Source: Minisyncoccota bacterium (GTDB taxonomy: Bacteria; Patescibacteriota; Minisyncoccia; Phycocordibacterales; UBA9973). Taken from it: 64,000 nt of DNA. Every line of letters starts with the position of its first letter. Position 1 is the stretch's first letter. The stretch is from contig JBAZSF010000001.1 of the NCBI GenBank assembly GCA_041662525.1, forward strand, positions 105,383 to 169,382. The letters are read 5' to 3'. The translations under genes and the position numbers were made by a program. Shown here piece after piece: positions 8,891 to 17,721 of the stretch. Under the pieces are notes generated by a model that saw only the letters and a list, made by a program, of their open reading frames with translations, did no database searches and had not been told where the DNA came from.

Positions 8891-10894
8891 CTATTCCAAA
8901 ATTTTTCTTAAAACATCTTCGGGAACTTCCTTTGTTGCTGGTTTTTGAGGTATAGGAGTTGCCGAAGGTGAAGCCGTAGGTCCTGAGTTTGTCGAAGGAG
9001 TGATTTTTTCCTCAATCAAATCTTTTAATTTATTCATATCTTCTGCTGTGGCTGCACGATCTACGCCTATTGGACGAGCAGGTTTTTTTACTTCTTGCAT
9101 TTTATTTTTTAAAGAATCGAGCGAAATAGGAGTTGGGGTTGAAATAGGTGCTGGGGTAGATTTAGCTTCTACCACTACTTTATTTAAAACATCCTTTAAT
9201 GCTGAGGTATCCCTATTTATTGGATAAGTTGACTTGGGCCTGACTGGATAAGTAGGTGTAGGTTTAATTGGGGCTGGTTTGGTAAATACTTTTTTAAAAG
9301 TCTTAATTATTCCAGCAGGTTTTACAGGGGCGGTAGTTTGTTGAAATTCGATACCTAAATCAGCTAGTGGTTTATAAAATTTAGATTCATCATATTTGAT
9401 TTGATCTTGTCCCCTTTTTTCCACCTTTACTTCTCCGGATTTTATTTTTGCAATACATTCTTTACAATAAGCTGCTCGGCCCGGCTCAGGTTTAAAGGGC
9501 ACTGTTTTTTCTAGTTTACAAAGCGAACAAATTACTGGAAATTTTTCTATATTTCCATTGGTAGTATATGTATCACTACCTAATGACATTCCGCTCCATT
9601 CATTAATTTCTCGCTCCACTACCTCCCTAGACCTACAATAAATGGCACGGGAAGATTGTATTACTGCTTCTTCTATTTTTTTATCCCCAGACTTTACCAT
9701 GGGTGGTAAAGTCTTAGCGGAGAATGGACGGGATGTCACACCATCAATCATTAACTTTAAATAAATTTTATAGTTCGGCAAATTAACAATATCTCCCGGA
9801 GTAAATTCTGGATCAAATTCTTTTTCCAAAAAGTCTGCATCGTCCGAACCAACTCTAAAAACTATCATTGTACCTACGTTACCAAAGACAGCATCACGCA
9901 CCGCAGAGCTTTTATCCACCACGAGCTGTGCAGTATACTGATGCGCCACAGTTAGATTTAGTCTGTACTTTCTAGCTTCAGACAAAATACCAGCAAAAGC
10001 ATCTGTCACAAAGTTTTGGAATTCGTCCACATAGAGATAAAAATCTTTTCGATGTTCTTCGGGAATACGCACGCGTTCCATGGCGGCAAGTTGAATCTTA
10101 GTAATGATCATCCCACCCAAAAGCCCAGAATTGTCTTCACCGATGCGTCCTTTGGAAACGTTCACTAGAAATATCTTCCCATCATTCATAATATCAAAAA
10201 TATTAATAGTACTTTTAGATTGACCGACTACGTTTCGAATAATAGAAGTAGAAAGAAATTGTCCGACTTTATTTTGAATCGGAGCGATAGCTTCATTGCG
10301 AAATTTGTCTTGCCAAGCTTCATATTCATGCACCCAAAAAGCTTTGATCACGGGATCTTTTAAATTAGCAATTATTTTTTGACGATAATCCTTGTCCACC
10401 AGCATTCTAGGGATTCCCAAAAGCGTCGTCCCGGGAGTATCTAGCAATGCTAAAATACAATTATTCAAAATGTATTCCATTCGAGCACTCCAAGCATTCG
10501 CCCAGATTTTAGTAAAAATACCCATGAGTCCAGACGCCACTAAATGTTTATATTGCGGATCAATTAATTCTAAAACATTAAAACCAATATGGTAGTCCAC
10601 ATCTGCGGGATTAAAATAAACTACGTCTTTCATGCGCTCCGGCGGAATAGCAGACAAAACTCCTTCGACGAGTTCCCCGTGCGGATCAACCACACAAACA
10701 CCTTCACCGTTCTGAATATTCTGAATGATCATATTAAACATCAATACAGATTTACCCGAACCAGATTTTCCAAGAATATAAACATGCTGACGTCTGTCCT
10801 TGCGCTTGATACCAAAGAGCTGATTTTTATCACGAAAAGTTGTGAGCCCAAGATAAGTAATTTCTCTATTTATAGGTATTTCTGGAAGTTCCAT
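8891..10894 (-). CDS. Soluble TrwB/VirD4-like P-loop ATPase, paralog 2, with C-terminal CxxC..CxxC zinc ribbon and Pro/Thr-rich tail
   Basis: 'ILGKSGSGKS', 'VVDPHGE', 'FYLYVDEFQNFV', 'TVAHQY'. C-terminal 'CSLCKLEKTVPFKPEPGRAAYCKECI' followed by a P/T/S-rich low-complexity region (~230 aa). Confidence 0.65.
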   Translation of the reverse strand: MELPEIPINREITYLGLTTFRDKNQLFGIKRKDRRQHVYILGKSGSGKSVLMFNMIIQNIQNGEGVCVVDPHGELVEGVLSAIPPERMKDVVYFNPADVDYHIGFNVLELIDPQYKHLVASGLMGIFTKIWANAWSARMEYILNNCILALLDTPGTTLLGIPRMLVDKDYRQKIIANLKDPVIKAFWVHEYEAWQDKFRNEAIAPIQNKVGQFLSTSIIRNVVGQSKSTINIFDIMNDGKIFLVNVSKGRIGEDNSGLLGGMIITKIQLAAMERVRIPEEHRKDFYLYVDEFQNFVTDAFAGILSEARKYRLNLTVAHQYTAQLVVDKSSAVRDAVFGNVGTMIVFRVGSDDADFLEKEFDPEFTPGDIVNLPNYKIYLKLMIDGVTSRPFSAKTLPPMVKSGDKKIEEAVIQSSRAIYCRSREVVEREINEWSGMSLGSDTYTTNGNIEKFPVICSLCKLEKTVPFKPEPGRAAYCKECIAKIKSGEVKVEKRGQDQIKYDESKFYKPLADLGIEFQQTTAPVKPAGIIKTFKKVFTKPAPIKPTPTYPVRPKSTYPINRDTSALKDVLNKVVVEAKSTPAPISTPTPISLDSLKNKMQEVKKPARPIGVDRAATAEDMNKLKDLIEEKITPSTNSGPTASPSATPIPQKPATKEVPEDVLRKILE

Positions 10895-10928
10895 ATAGTA
10901 TATATTTTACAACAAAATCACAAAAACA

Positions 10929-10950
10929 AAAAGCCCCTTATGGGGCTTTT
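10929..10950. terminator. Rho-independent terminator downstream of dnaK (minus-strand sense)
   Basis: Hairpin aaagcccc-ttat-ggggcttt; on the minus strand it is followed by a T-run. Confidence 0.6.
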
Positions 10951-11043
10951 CAAAAAATTTAGAAAATAATTTTTTTGAACGGTCTGGCTGGGGTGGGACC
11001 CAGAGAACCGAGGACCTGAGAAAAAATTGATTTTCTAAATTTT

Positions 11044-12948
11044 TTACACCTTTGGTTCTTCGCCTTCGGGACCTTTTTCTTTAAATTCTGCGTCATGAAC
11101 TTCGGCTGGTTGTTCTTCAGGGGCACTAGCGGGAGGAGTTTCTGCTCCAGCTTTCGCCATCGCTTCCCCTATTTTTGACATTTCGGCAGAAAGCTCTTCG
11201 GTGGCTTTTTTAATTCCCTCACCATCAGTGCCATCTTTAACACCTCGCAAAGCAGTTATCTTTGCATTTACTTCATCTTTTAATTCTACAGGGATTTTTG
11301 CTTCATTATCCTTAAGAGCTTTTTCAGCAGTATAAATAATCATTTCTGCTGTATTTTTTACTTCTGCGTTCTCTTTTTTCTTCTTATCTTCCTCTGCGTG
11401 AAGCTCTGCATCAGCTTGCATTTTTTTGATATCTTCTTCTTTGAGTCCAGAGCTTGCTTCAATTTTAATTGATTGAGTTTTACCTGAGGCTTTATCTTTT
11501 GCGGAAACATTTAAGATTCCATTCACATCCACATCAAAAGCAACTTCAATCTGAGGCATCCCGCGAGGTGCTGGTGGAACTCCATCTAAAATAAATCGGC
11601 CGAGAGATTTATTGTCGGACGCCATAGGACGTTCTCCTTGCACGATGTGTATTTCAACAGAAGTCTGATTGTCTGCAGCGGTAGAAAATGTTTGAGACTT
11701 GCTTGATGGGATAGTGGTATTTCTTTCAATCAATTTTGTAGCCACTCCTCCTAAGGTTTCAATACCTAAAGATAGCGGTATTACATCAAGCAGTAAAACA
11801 TCTCGCACATCACCTTGTAACACGCCTGCCTGAACAGCTGCACCGAGTGCTACTACTTCGTCAGGATTAATGGACATATTTGGAGCTTTGCCGAAAAGTT
11901 CTTGCACTGCAGAAACTATCGCTGGCATTCTAGTCTGACCACCCACCATAATAATTTCATTAATTTCATTAATTTTAAATGGAGATGCGTCTAAAGCTCT
12001 TTTGGTAATCTTGATAGAAAGATCAATATACTCTTTGGCTAAAGATTCCAACATCGCTCGAGACATTTTTAGCAATAAATGTTTCGGCCCAGAAGCATCC
12101 GAAGTAATAAACGGAATATTTATTTCAGTTTCTGTCGTAGTGGAAAGTTCATGTTTAGCTTTTTCTGCAGCTTCTTTTAATCTTTGATGCGCTAGAGGGT
12201 CTTTGATCACATCAATACCAGACTCTTTTTTATACTCTTCAGCGATCCAAGAAATTATTTTTCTATCAATATCTCCTCCACCCATATGACTATCCCCATC
12301 AGTAGATTTAACTTCTATCACATCATCGCCTATTTCCAGCACAGACACGTCAAAGGTTCCCCCACCGAAATCGTAGACAACAATCTTTTCATTTTTCTTT
12401 TTATTGAATCCATAAGCAAGCGCAGCAGCAGTCGGCTCATTAATAATACGCTTCACATCCAGACCAGCAATTGCTCCTGCATCTTTGGTAGCTTTTCTTT
12501 GCGCATCATTAAAATATGCTGGTACGGTTATTATCGCTTCAGTAATTTTTTCTCCCAATTTCGCCTCAACATCAGCTTTTATTTTTTGCAAAGTCATTGC
12601 GGAAATTTCTTCTGGTCGATAAAATTTATCTGACATTTTTATTTTTACACCACCTCCTTCTCCTGCTTCAATTTTAAAAGATGCTGTCTCTCGATCTTTT
12701 TGCACTTCCGGATCATCAAATCGATGCCCCATATAACGCTTGATTTCAGCAATGGTATTTTCTGGATTTGTGACCGCTTGTCTTTTTGCAAGAAGACCGA
12801 CAATACGATCTCCATTTTTTGCAGTTGCCACGACAGAAGGTGTCGTACGATTACCTTCCACATTTTCTACTATCTTTGGTGCGCCACCTTCAATGATAGC
12901 GACTGCTGAATTTGTTGTACCTAAATCTATACCTATTATTTTTGACAT
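11044..12948 (-). CDS. dnaK: Chaperone DnaK (Hsp70)
   Basis: '[13 protein letters not shown]', '[10 protein letters not shown]', 634 aa, acidic C-terminus. Confidence 0.97.
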   Translation of the reverse strand: MSKIIGIDLGTTNSAVAIIEGGAPKIVENVEGNRTTPSVVATAKNGDRIVGLLAKRQAVTNPENTIAEIKRYMGHRFDDPEVQKDRETASFKIEAGEGGGVKIKMSDKFYRPEEISAMTLQKIKADVEAKLGEKITEAIITVPAYFNDAQRKATKDAGAIAGLDVKRIINEPTAAALAYGFNKKKNEKIVVYDFGGGTFDVSVLEIGDDVIEVKSTDGDSHMGGGDIDRKIISWIAEEYKKESGIDVIKDPLAHQRLKEAAEKAKHELSTTTETEINIPFITSDASGPKHLLLKMSRAMLESLAKEYIDLSIKITKRALDASPFKINEINEIIMVGGQTRMPAIVSAVQELFGKAPNMSINPDEVVALGAAVQAGVLQGDVRDVLLLDVIPLSLGIETLGGVATKLIERNTTIPSSKSQTFSTAADNQTSVEIHIVQGERPMASDNKSLGRFILDGVPPAPRGMPQIEVAFDVDVNGILNVSAKDKASGKTQSIKIEASSGLKEEDIKKMQADAELHAEEDKKKKENAEVKNTAEMIIYTAEKALKDNEAKIPVELKDEVNAKITALRGVKDGTDGEGIKKATEELSAEMSKIGEAMAKAGAETPPASAPEEQPAEVHDAEFKEKGPEGEEPKV

Positions 12949-13047
12949 ATATTTTATAAGGTTAATTTATAATTTTTAATAATTTTACTAATATTTCGCG
13001 ACCACTAAAAACTTGTATAAACAGAGTATATATGATAGGATGCTTGC

Positions 13048-13563
13048 ATGTCAAGTAATAAAGATTATTCTAATAAAATACTTAAAATTTTAGGTAGAAA
13101 AAATGCTGTTTCTTTGCCAGAACTAAAAGAAAAAATTACTGGAGAAAAATATGCAATCACACGCTGTCTAAAAAATCTTAAAAATTCTGGATTGATAGAA
13201 CAAATACCCTCCCCACAAAATAATTATGCTCGCCTGACAAAACTTGGAAGAAAAAAAATGCATAGTTTAGAGTTGGATAGTGACACAACTCTTGTAAACA
13301 CTTCTTGGGATGGATTTTGGAGAATTATTCTACTTGATCTGCCTGAAAACAGAAAAAATGAACGGGAGTCTCTACGTTACCTTCTTAAAAAGGCTGGCTT
13401 CGTATGTCTAAAAAATTCCGCTTGGATATCCCCATTCCCCTTTGAACATTTATTTACGAATATTAAAAAAGACCTAGGACTTACCACTGAGATAATGATT
13501 ATCGTCACCGAAAATATAGATGAGGAAAGCAAAAAAGTTTTATTTGAAACTTTTGGAAAATAA
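13048..13563 (+). CDS. Short PaaX-like winged-helix transcriptional regulator
   Basis: N-terminal wHTH; C-terminal 'WDGFWRIILLDLPENRKNERESLRYLLKKAGFVCLKNSAWISP' matches the PaaX C-domain pattern 'WDG.W.lv.fd.pe..r..R..lr..L...Gf..l...vw..P'. Confidence 0.5.
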   Translation: MSSNKDYSNKILKILGRKNAVSLPELKEKITGEKYAITRCLKNLKNSGLIEQIPSPQNNYARLTKLGRKKMHSLELDSDTTLVNTSWDGFWRIILLDLPENRKNERESLRYLLKKAGFVCLKNSAWISPFPFEHLFTNIKKDLGLTTEIMIIVTENIDEESKKVLFETFGK

Positions 13564-13626
13564 TTAATAAACTTCCTGCTGATAACCCCGAACGAAAGCA
13601 AAGCTTCGTACAGGGTAGGCATTTTT

Positions 13627-15351
13627 CTAATAAATTTCTTGTTGATAACAACGTTCACAGTAAACTATTTCTGGTCGATCTGGCGCGTAACTAGTCTCAA
13701 ATTCTACTTCACATTTTTGTGTGCCATGTATGTGATTTTTTTTATCACACATACATTGCCTACGAAAAAAAAGAGGTAAATTTCGTAAGGTTAAACGTTC
13801 ATAATGCCGACAATTAATGCAAAAACGCGGTAATGGAAGATTCATTCTTTTTAAAAAATCAAGTTCTGATTTGATTATGCGAAAAGCCCCGGTGCATTCG
13901 TGTTCACAAGACTCATCGTGTGCACATTGAATAGCCTGATTAAGTATGTCATCACTTACATCATTGATATTATCTAAGATGTCTTTATTTTTTAAAGTAA
14001 ATTTATAATTTTGTTTTGTAGTTTCGTACCACGAAAACCCTTTCCTCTTTGCATCTTCTTTACCCAATGGAAAAAATTCGTAAGCAGTAGTTGCTTTGTA
14101 TGGAAAAAAAGAAAATTCACTTGGGAAAAATTCTCCATATTCTTTTGCTTGTTTCATATGTTCAATTATTTTGGGCACTAATTTTACATATTCTTCTTTT
14201 GTGTACTGTTTATTAAAAATACAATATTGCTTATTTCGAAGCGAAACACATCCAAAAAGATCTGATGAATTACTGCAAAAAACACAATAAGTTAAATTTT
14301 TTACATTTGTATAACAATAAGCACTAAATTTTATATTTGATCCCCCATTTCCAACAATAAGACTTTCGTAAATAAGTTCTACATTTTCTCCATAATTTGA
14401 ATAATCATAGCAATCCTTTACAGGTCCCATTAAAATATTTTGGACAAATTTGCTATCTTCCACCATCCTTACACGAAAACAATATTTTGCATTCTTAGAC
14501 CCATAAACATAATCACCAGAAACATTCACATTTTGACGATCGTGAATATATTTTTGCGGGTAATCAAGCCAATGTTTATATACCTCATCTTTTAATACTC
14601 TTAAGGCTTTATTAGAACCTAAATTTAATTCTTTAATATTTTTTAAATAATCTTCTCTAGAATATTGTTTATTAAAAATGCAATATGATTTATTGCGAAG
14701 ATTAATTGAACCAAAACAACTATTGCATCCAATACAATCTTTACACAAAATCATTTCCTGACAACTCTCACAATCAACAGAAAAAAATGTTTTATAACAA
14801 GCTGTAGTATTAATATTTCCATAACTCAATTCACATTGATTTGTCATATGGCTATCAAAGCATTGTTTAGAACCCTTATCCCAAATTAAATATGCAGAAT
14901 CTTCCGCATAAGAGACTCCTCCTCGAACCAAATAACAATTTTTTACATCATGCACATTAGTGCAATAGTAACAATTCACTAAATTATACATAGAATGCGC
15001 AGGTAGTGGCACCCTTAAAAGTAAACTTTTAAACTGTTCGAAAAATGTTTTTGTAAAATCAAAATCACGAGCATACTCAAGTGGATTCCAGGCATCAGAA
15101 ATCCAATAATCTCGATCATATATTTTATAAGGACTTTCTTCGGGAAAAAGTGAAAAAATTTCTTTTCCACCAAGAGCTTCCTTTTTCTTAAATAAATGCC
15201 AATCATTACGCCAGGCCATTCTTCGCTGCATCCTGCATTCCGGACAAAAAGTAGGCGGAGGTACTTTTATCTTTTCATAAAAATTAAAATCCTCCGGCTC
15301 TATGACAAATTCTTTCTTACAATTTTGGCAATTTTTTGTTTCAGATTTCAT
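13627..15351 (-). CDS. Cysteine-rich internally duplicated zinc-ribbon protein, paralog 2
   Basis: 574 aa. First ~45 and last ~30 residues are almost identical to paralog 1 ('MKSETKNCQNCKKEFVIEPEDFNFYEKIKVPPPTFCPECR' and 'KCEVEFETSYAPDRPEIVYCERCYQQEIY'); middle region divergent. Confidence 0.6.
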   Translation of the reverse strand: MKSETKNCQNCKKEFVIEPEDFNFYEKIKVPPPTFCPECRMQRRMAWRNDWHLFKKKEALGGKEIFSLFPEESPYKIYDRDYWISDAWNPLEYARDFDFTKTFFEQFKSLLLRVPLPAHSMYNLVNCYYCTNVHDVKNCYLVRGGVSYAEDSAYLIWDKGSKQCFDSHMTNQCELSYGNINTTACYKTFFSVDCESCQEMILCKDCIGCNSCFGSINLRNKSYCIFNKQYSREDYLKNIKELNLGSNKALRVLKDEVYKHWLDYPQKYIHDRQNVNVSGDYVYGSKNAKYCFRVRMVEDSKFVQNILMGPVKDCYDYSNYGENVELIYESLIVGNGGSNIKFSAYCYTNVKNLTYCVFCSNSSDLFGCVSLRNKQYCIFNKQYTKEEYVKLVPKIIEHMKQAKEYGEFFPSEFSFFPYKATTAYEFFPLGKEDAKRKGFSWYETTKQNYKFTLKNKDILDNINDVSDDILNQAIQCAHDESCEHECTGAFRIIKSELDFLKRMNLPLPRFCINCRHYERLTLRNLPLFFRRQCMCDKKNHIHGTQKCEVEFETSYAPDRPEIVYCERCYQQEIY

Positions 15352-15361
15352 AATCTTACCT

Positions 15362-15406
15362 TTTCCCCTTCTTCCCCTTCACCAGGTGAAGGGGAAGAAG
15401 GGGAAA
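15362..15406. repeat. 45-bp perfect palindrome (22-bp arms, 1-nt centre), GC-rich, between Cys-rich paralogs 3 and 2
   Basis: tttccccttcttccccttcacc a ggtgaaggggaagaaggggaaa, read directly; the two arms are exact reverse complements. Confidence 0.9.
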
Positions 15407-15408
15407 CT

Positions 15409-17097
15409 TTAATTTATATTTTGCTTGTAACATTCTTCACAGGCGATTTTTTGATATCCCCATTCTGGTAAATAATACGCTTCAATATCTTTTTTACAAT
15501 AAAAACATTTATATGAATACGCTTGCAAAACAGTTAAATATTTTAAACTATTTTTTATTCTCACATCAAAATGATAACGCGGGAGCGGTATATTATTTTC
15601 TTTATAAAAAGAAAGTTCATTTTGGGCAATATTAAAACGCCAACCTGTTTCTGGGCATAAAAGTGCCTGAGTGATAATAGTATCCGAAACATCTTTCACA
15701 TCATCAGGAAGTTCGTTTGTAGGCATCCCATCTGTCTGACCTTCTGTTGTATCTTCCCAATAACCACCAATCTTTAGCATATCTTCTTTTTTTGTGTTTG
15801 GAAAATAAAAAAACCCAGTAGAGAAATTAAATGGTCCAAGACTCATGGAATAAGGCAAAAATTTTCCATACTCACCTCTTTTTTTCATATCAGAAATAAT
15901 CTCATCCCGTAATTTTTCATATTCCTCTTTAGAATACTGCTTATTTAAAATACAATATTTCTTTTTCCTCAAACCCACACAACCAAAACAATATTCACAC
16001 TCAATACATAAATCTAAATATTCGGAATATCTAGAAGAAGACCAGCTAGAATATTTGAGAGCATAACCGCTGGGTTGGCAAGAACTACAATTCCCTGATA
16101 TTTCTAAATCCTGACAGCCGGTAATATCAATACAAGATTCCAATCCTCTACCCCTAATACAATTAGAACAATCTTCGGATTCTGAAATCGTAAAACAATT
16201 ATGACAATTTTTACAATCCAATAAATAATCTCCAAAAGAATTATGAACTTTTAAATTAAAATTAGGTCTATGCACTACTTCTTCTTGAACTATTTCTTCA
16301 AAATGTTTTTTATGCTTTTGGATAGAATCATAGGAACCAAGTTGAAATGATTTGATTTTTTTATCATATTCTTCTTTGGAGTATTGAACATTTTCTATGC
16401 AAAAAGATTTATTGCGAAGATTCCAGCACATAAAACAATCCTGACAATTCCGACAGTCATATAAAAAGTAAGAATTTATGCAATCTCGAGAATGTTTAGA
16501 GTAAAAAAGTTTATAAGAATGATGGCACTCAGAAGAGTCAAAACATTTTTCACTATTGTAACAAACTATCACATCAATAGAATTTTTTACATTGATGTTT
16601 CTATATGAATAAAATAAGTTTTCACAATCCACCATAGAACGTGAAAGATAACTATCTTTACAACTCCAAACATCATCGCACCAATCACATCCTGTGCTTT
16701 TACTACCATCTTGATGCGGACGAGGCACTTTTTCTTGGAGATTTTTTAATTGCTCAAAAAATGTTTTTTTCTCATCGTAATCTTCTCCATAATTCATTGC
16801 ATCCCATTTATCGCTGTACCATTCAGAAAGAGTGTAGATTGGATATCTGCTATTCTCCGGCAAAACTGTAATCAAACTTTCTCCAGAAAGATCAGATTTA
16901 CCTTTGCGAAATTTTCCAAATACCCAAAAAGACAAGTGCAATTTTACCCGACAGAAAAAACAAAGTGTCGGCAACTCTATATCAACTTTTTTATATAAAG
17001 ATAATTCTCCTTCTGTAATTAAAAAATTATTTCCACAATGCTCACAAATATTAGTTTGTTGGTTCTTTGTATTCATATACATTGACCCTCGCGGCAC
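15409..17097 (-). CDS. Cysteine-rich internally duplicated zinc-ribbon protein, paralog 3 (most divergent; start codon ambiguous, overlaps grpE 3' end)
   Basis: 562 aa. N-terminal 'CEHCGNNFLITEGELSLYKKVDIELPTLCFFCR', central 'CRNCQDCFMCWNLRNKSFC', 'CFGCVGLRKKKYCILNKQYSKEEY', C-terminal 'CFYCKK...CEECYKQ'. Alternative starts: MYMNT at 17082 or MNT at 17076. Confidence 0.55.
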   Translation of the reverse strand: MPRGSMYMNTKNQQTNICEHCGNNFLITEGELSLYKKVDIELPTLCFFCRVKLHLSFWVFGKFRKGKSDLSGESLITVLPENSRYPIYTLSEWYSDKWDAMNYGEDYDEKKTFFEQLKNLQEKVPRPHQDGSKSTGCDWCDDVWSCKDSYLSRSMVDCENLFYSYRNINVKNSIDVIVCYNSEKCFDSSECHHSYKLFYSKHSRDCINSYFLYDCRNCQDCFMCWNLRNKSFCIENVQYSKEEYDKKIKSFQLGSYDSIQKHKKHFEEIVQEEVVHRPNFNLKVHNSFGDYLLDCKNCHNCFTISESEDCSNCIRGRGLESCIDITGCQDLEISGNCSSCQPSGYALKYSSWSSSRYSEYLDLCIECEYCFGCVGLRKKKYCILNKQYSKEEYEKLRDEIISDMKKRGEYGKFLPYSMSLGPFNFSTGFFYFPNTKKEDMLKIGGYWEDTTEGQTDGMPTNELPDDVKDVSDTIITQALLCPETGWRFNIAQNELSFYKENNIPLPRYHFDVRIKNSLKYLTVLQAYSYKCFYCKKDIEAYYLPEWGYQKIACEECYKQNIN

Positions 17098-17671
17098 GGA
17101 TTACGCGTTCGCCTAGTTTATAGCCTTTTTGAATCACATTTGCGATAGTATGATCTTGTTCTTTTTTATTTGTTTCTACCATATCAATAGACTGATGAAT
17201 ATTGGGATCAAAACTCTCCCCCGTCTCCCCTATTGTTTTTACTCCGTATTCTTCAAAAATGGTATTCATCTGAGCGTAAATATATTCCACGCCTTTTCGC
17301 CAGTTTTCATCCACCTTTTCCCAAGCTTCCTTGTTCGCAAAAGCCATATTAAAACTATCAATCACAGAAAGAAAACGAGTTAAAATTCTCTCTCGCATCG
17401 CTTCTGAAAAAAGTGCTTTTCTATCTTCTTCCTGCTTACGATAATTAACAAAATCTGCTCGCTCTTTCTGCCAGCCAGTTAAATATTCTTCTTTTTCGGC
17501 TTTGCACACTTTTAGATCAGCTCTAAATTTCTTTAAAGTTTTCTTTAAATCTTCTTCTCCGTCTTCGTTAAATTCAAACTCTAAAACCTCAGACGAGTCA
17601 ACAGACTCGTCCCGAGCAGCCTCGAGGGAATCTTTTATTTCGGTATCAATTTTCTTTTCTTCATCTGACAT
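17051..17671 (-). CDS. grpE: Nucleotide exchange factor GrpE
   Basis: 206 aa, acidic N-terminus, coiled-coil 'FRADLKVCKAEKEEYLTGWQKERADFVNYRKQ', C-terminal beta domain 'ANVIQKGYKLGERVIRAARV'. Confidence 0.85.
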   Translation of the reverse strand: MSDEEKKIDTEIKDSLEAARDESVDSSEVLEFEFNEDGEEDLKKTLKKFRADLKVCKAEKEEYLTGWQKERADFVNYRKQEEDRKALFSEAMRERILTRFLSVIDSFNMAFANKEAWEKVDENWRKGVEYIYAQMNTIFEEYGVKTIGETGESFDPNIHQSIDMVETNKKEQDHTIANVIQKGYKLGERVIRAARVNVYEYKEPTN

Positions 17672-17687
17672 ATATTTATCTTAGCAT

Positions 17688-17717
17688 AAAAATACCCCTA
17701 TTTTCAAGGGGTATTTT
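17688..17717. terminator. Rho-independent terminator downstream of rpsI (minus sense)
   Basis: Hairpin aaatacccc-N9-ggggtattt followed by a T-rich run on the minus strand. Confidence 0.55.
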
Positions 17718-17721
17718 AGAA

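Noticed and set aside
12949-13047. Looked for a CIRCE (TTAGCACTC-N9-GAGTGCTAA) HrcA operator upstream of dnaK, grpE and clpB
   Set aside because: No CIRCE-like inverted repeat found by eye at any of these positions; a different palindromic module is present upstream of clpB instead.
15196-15471. ORF encoding 'SPSSPSPGEGEEGETL' spanning the 45-bp palindrome
   Set aside because: Created by reading through the palindrome; no coding signal and it overlaps two real genes.
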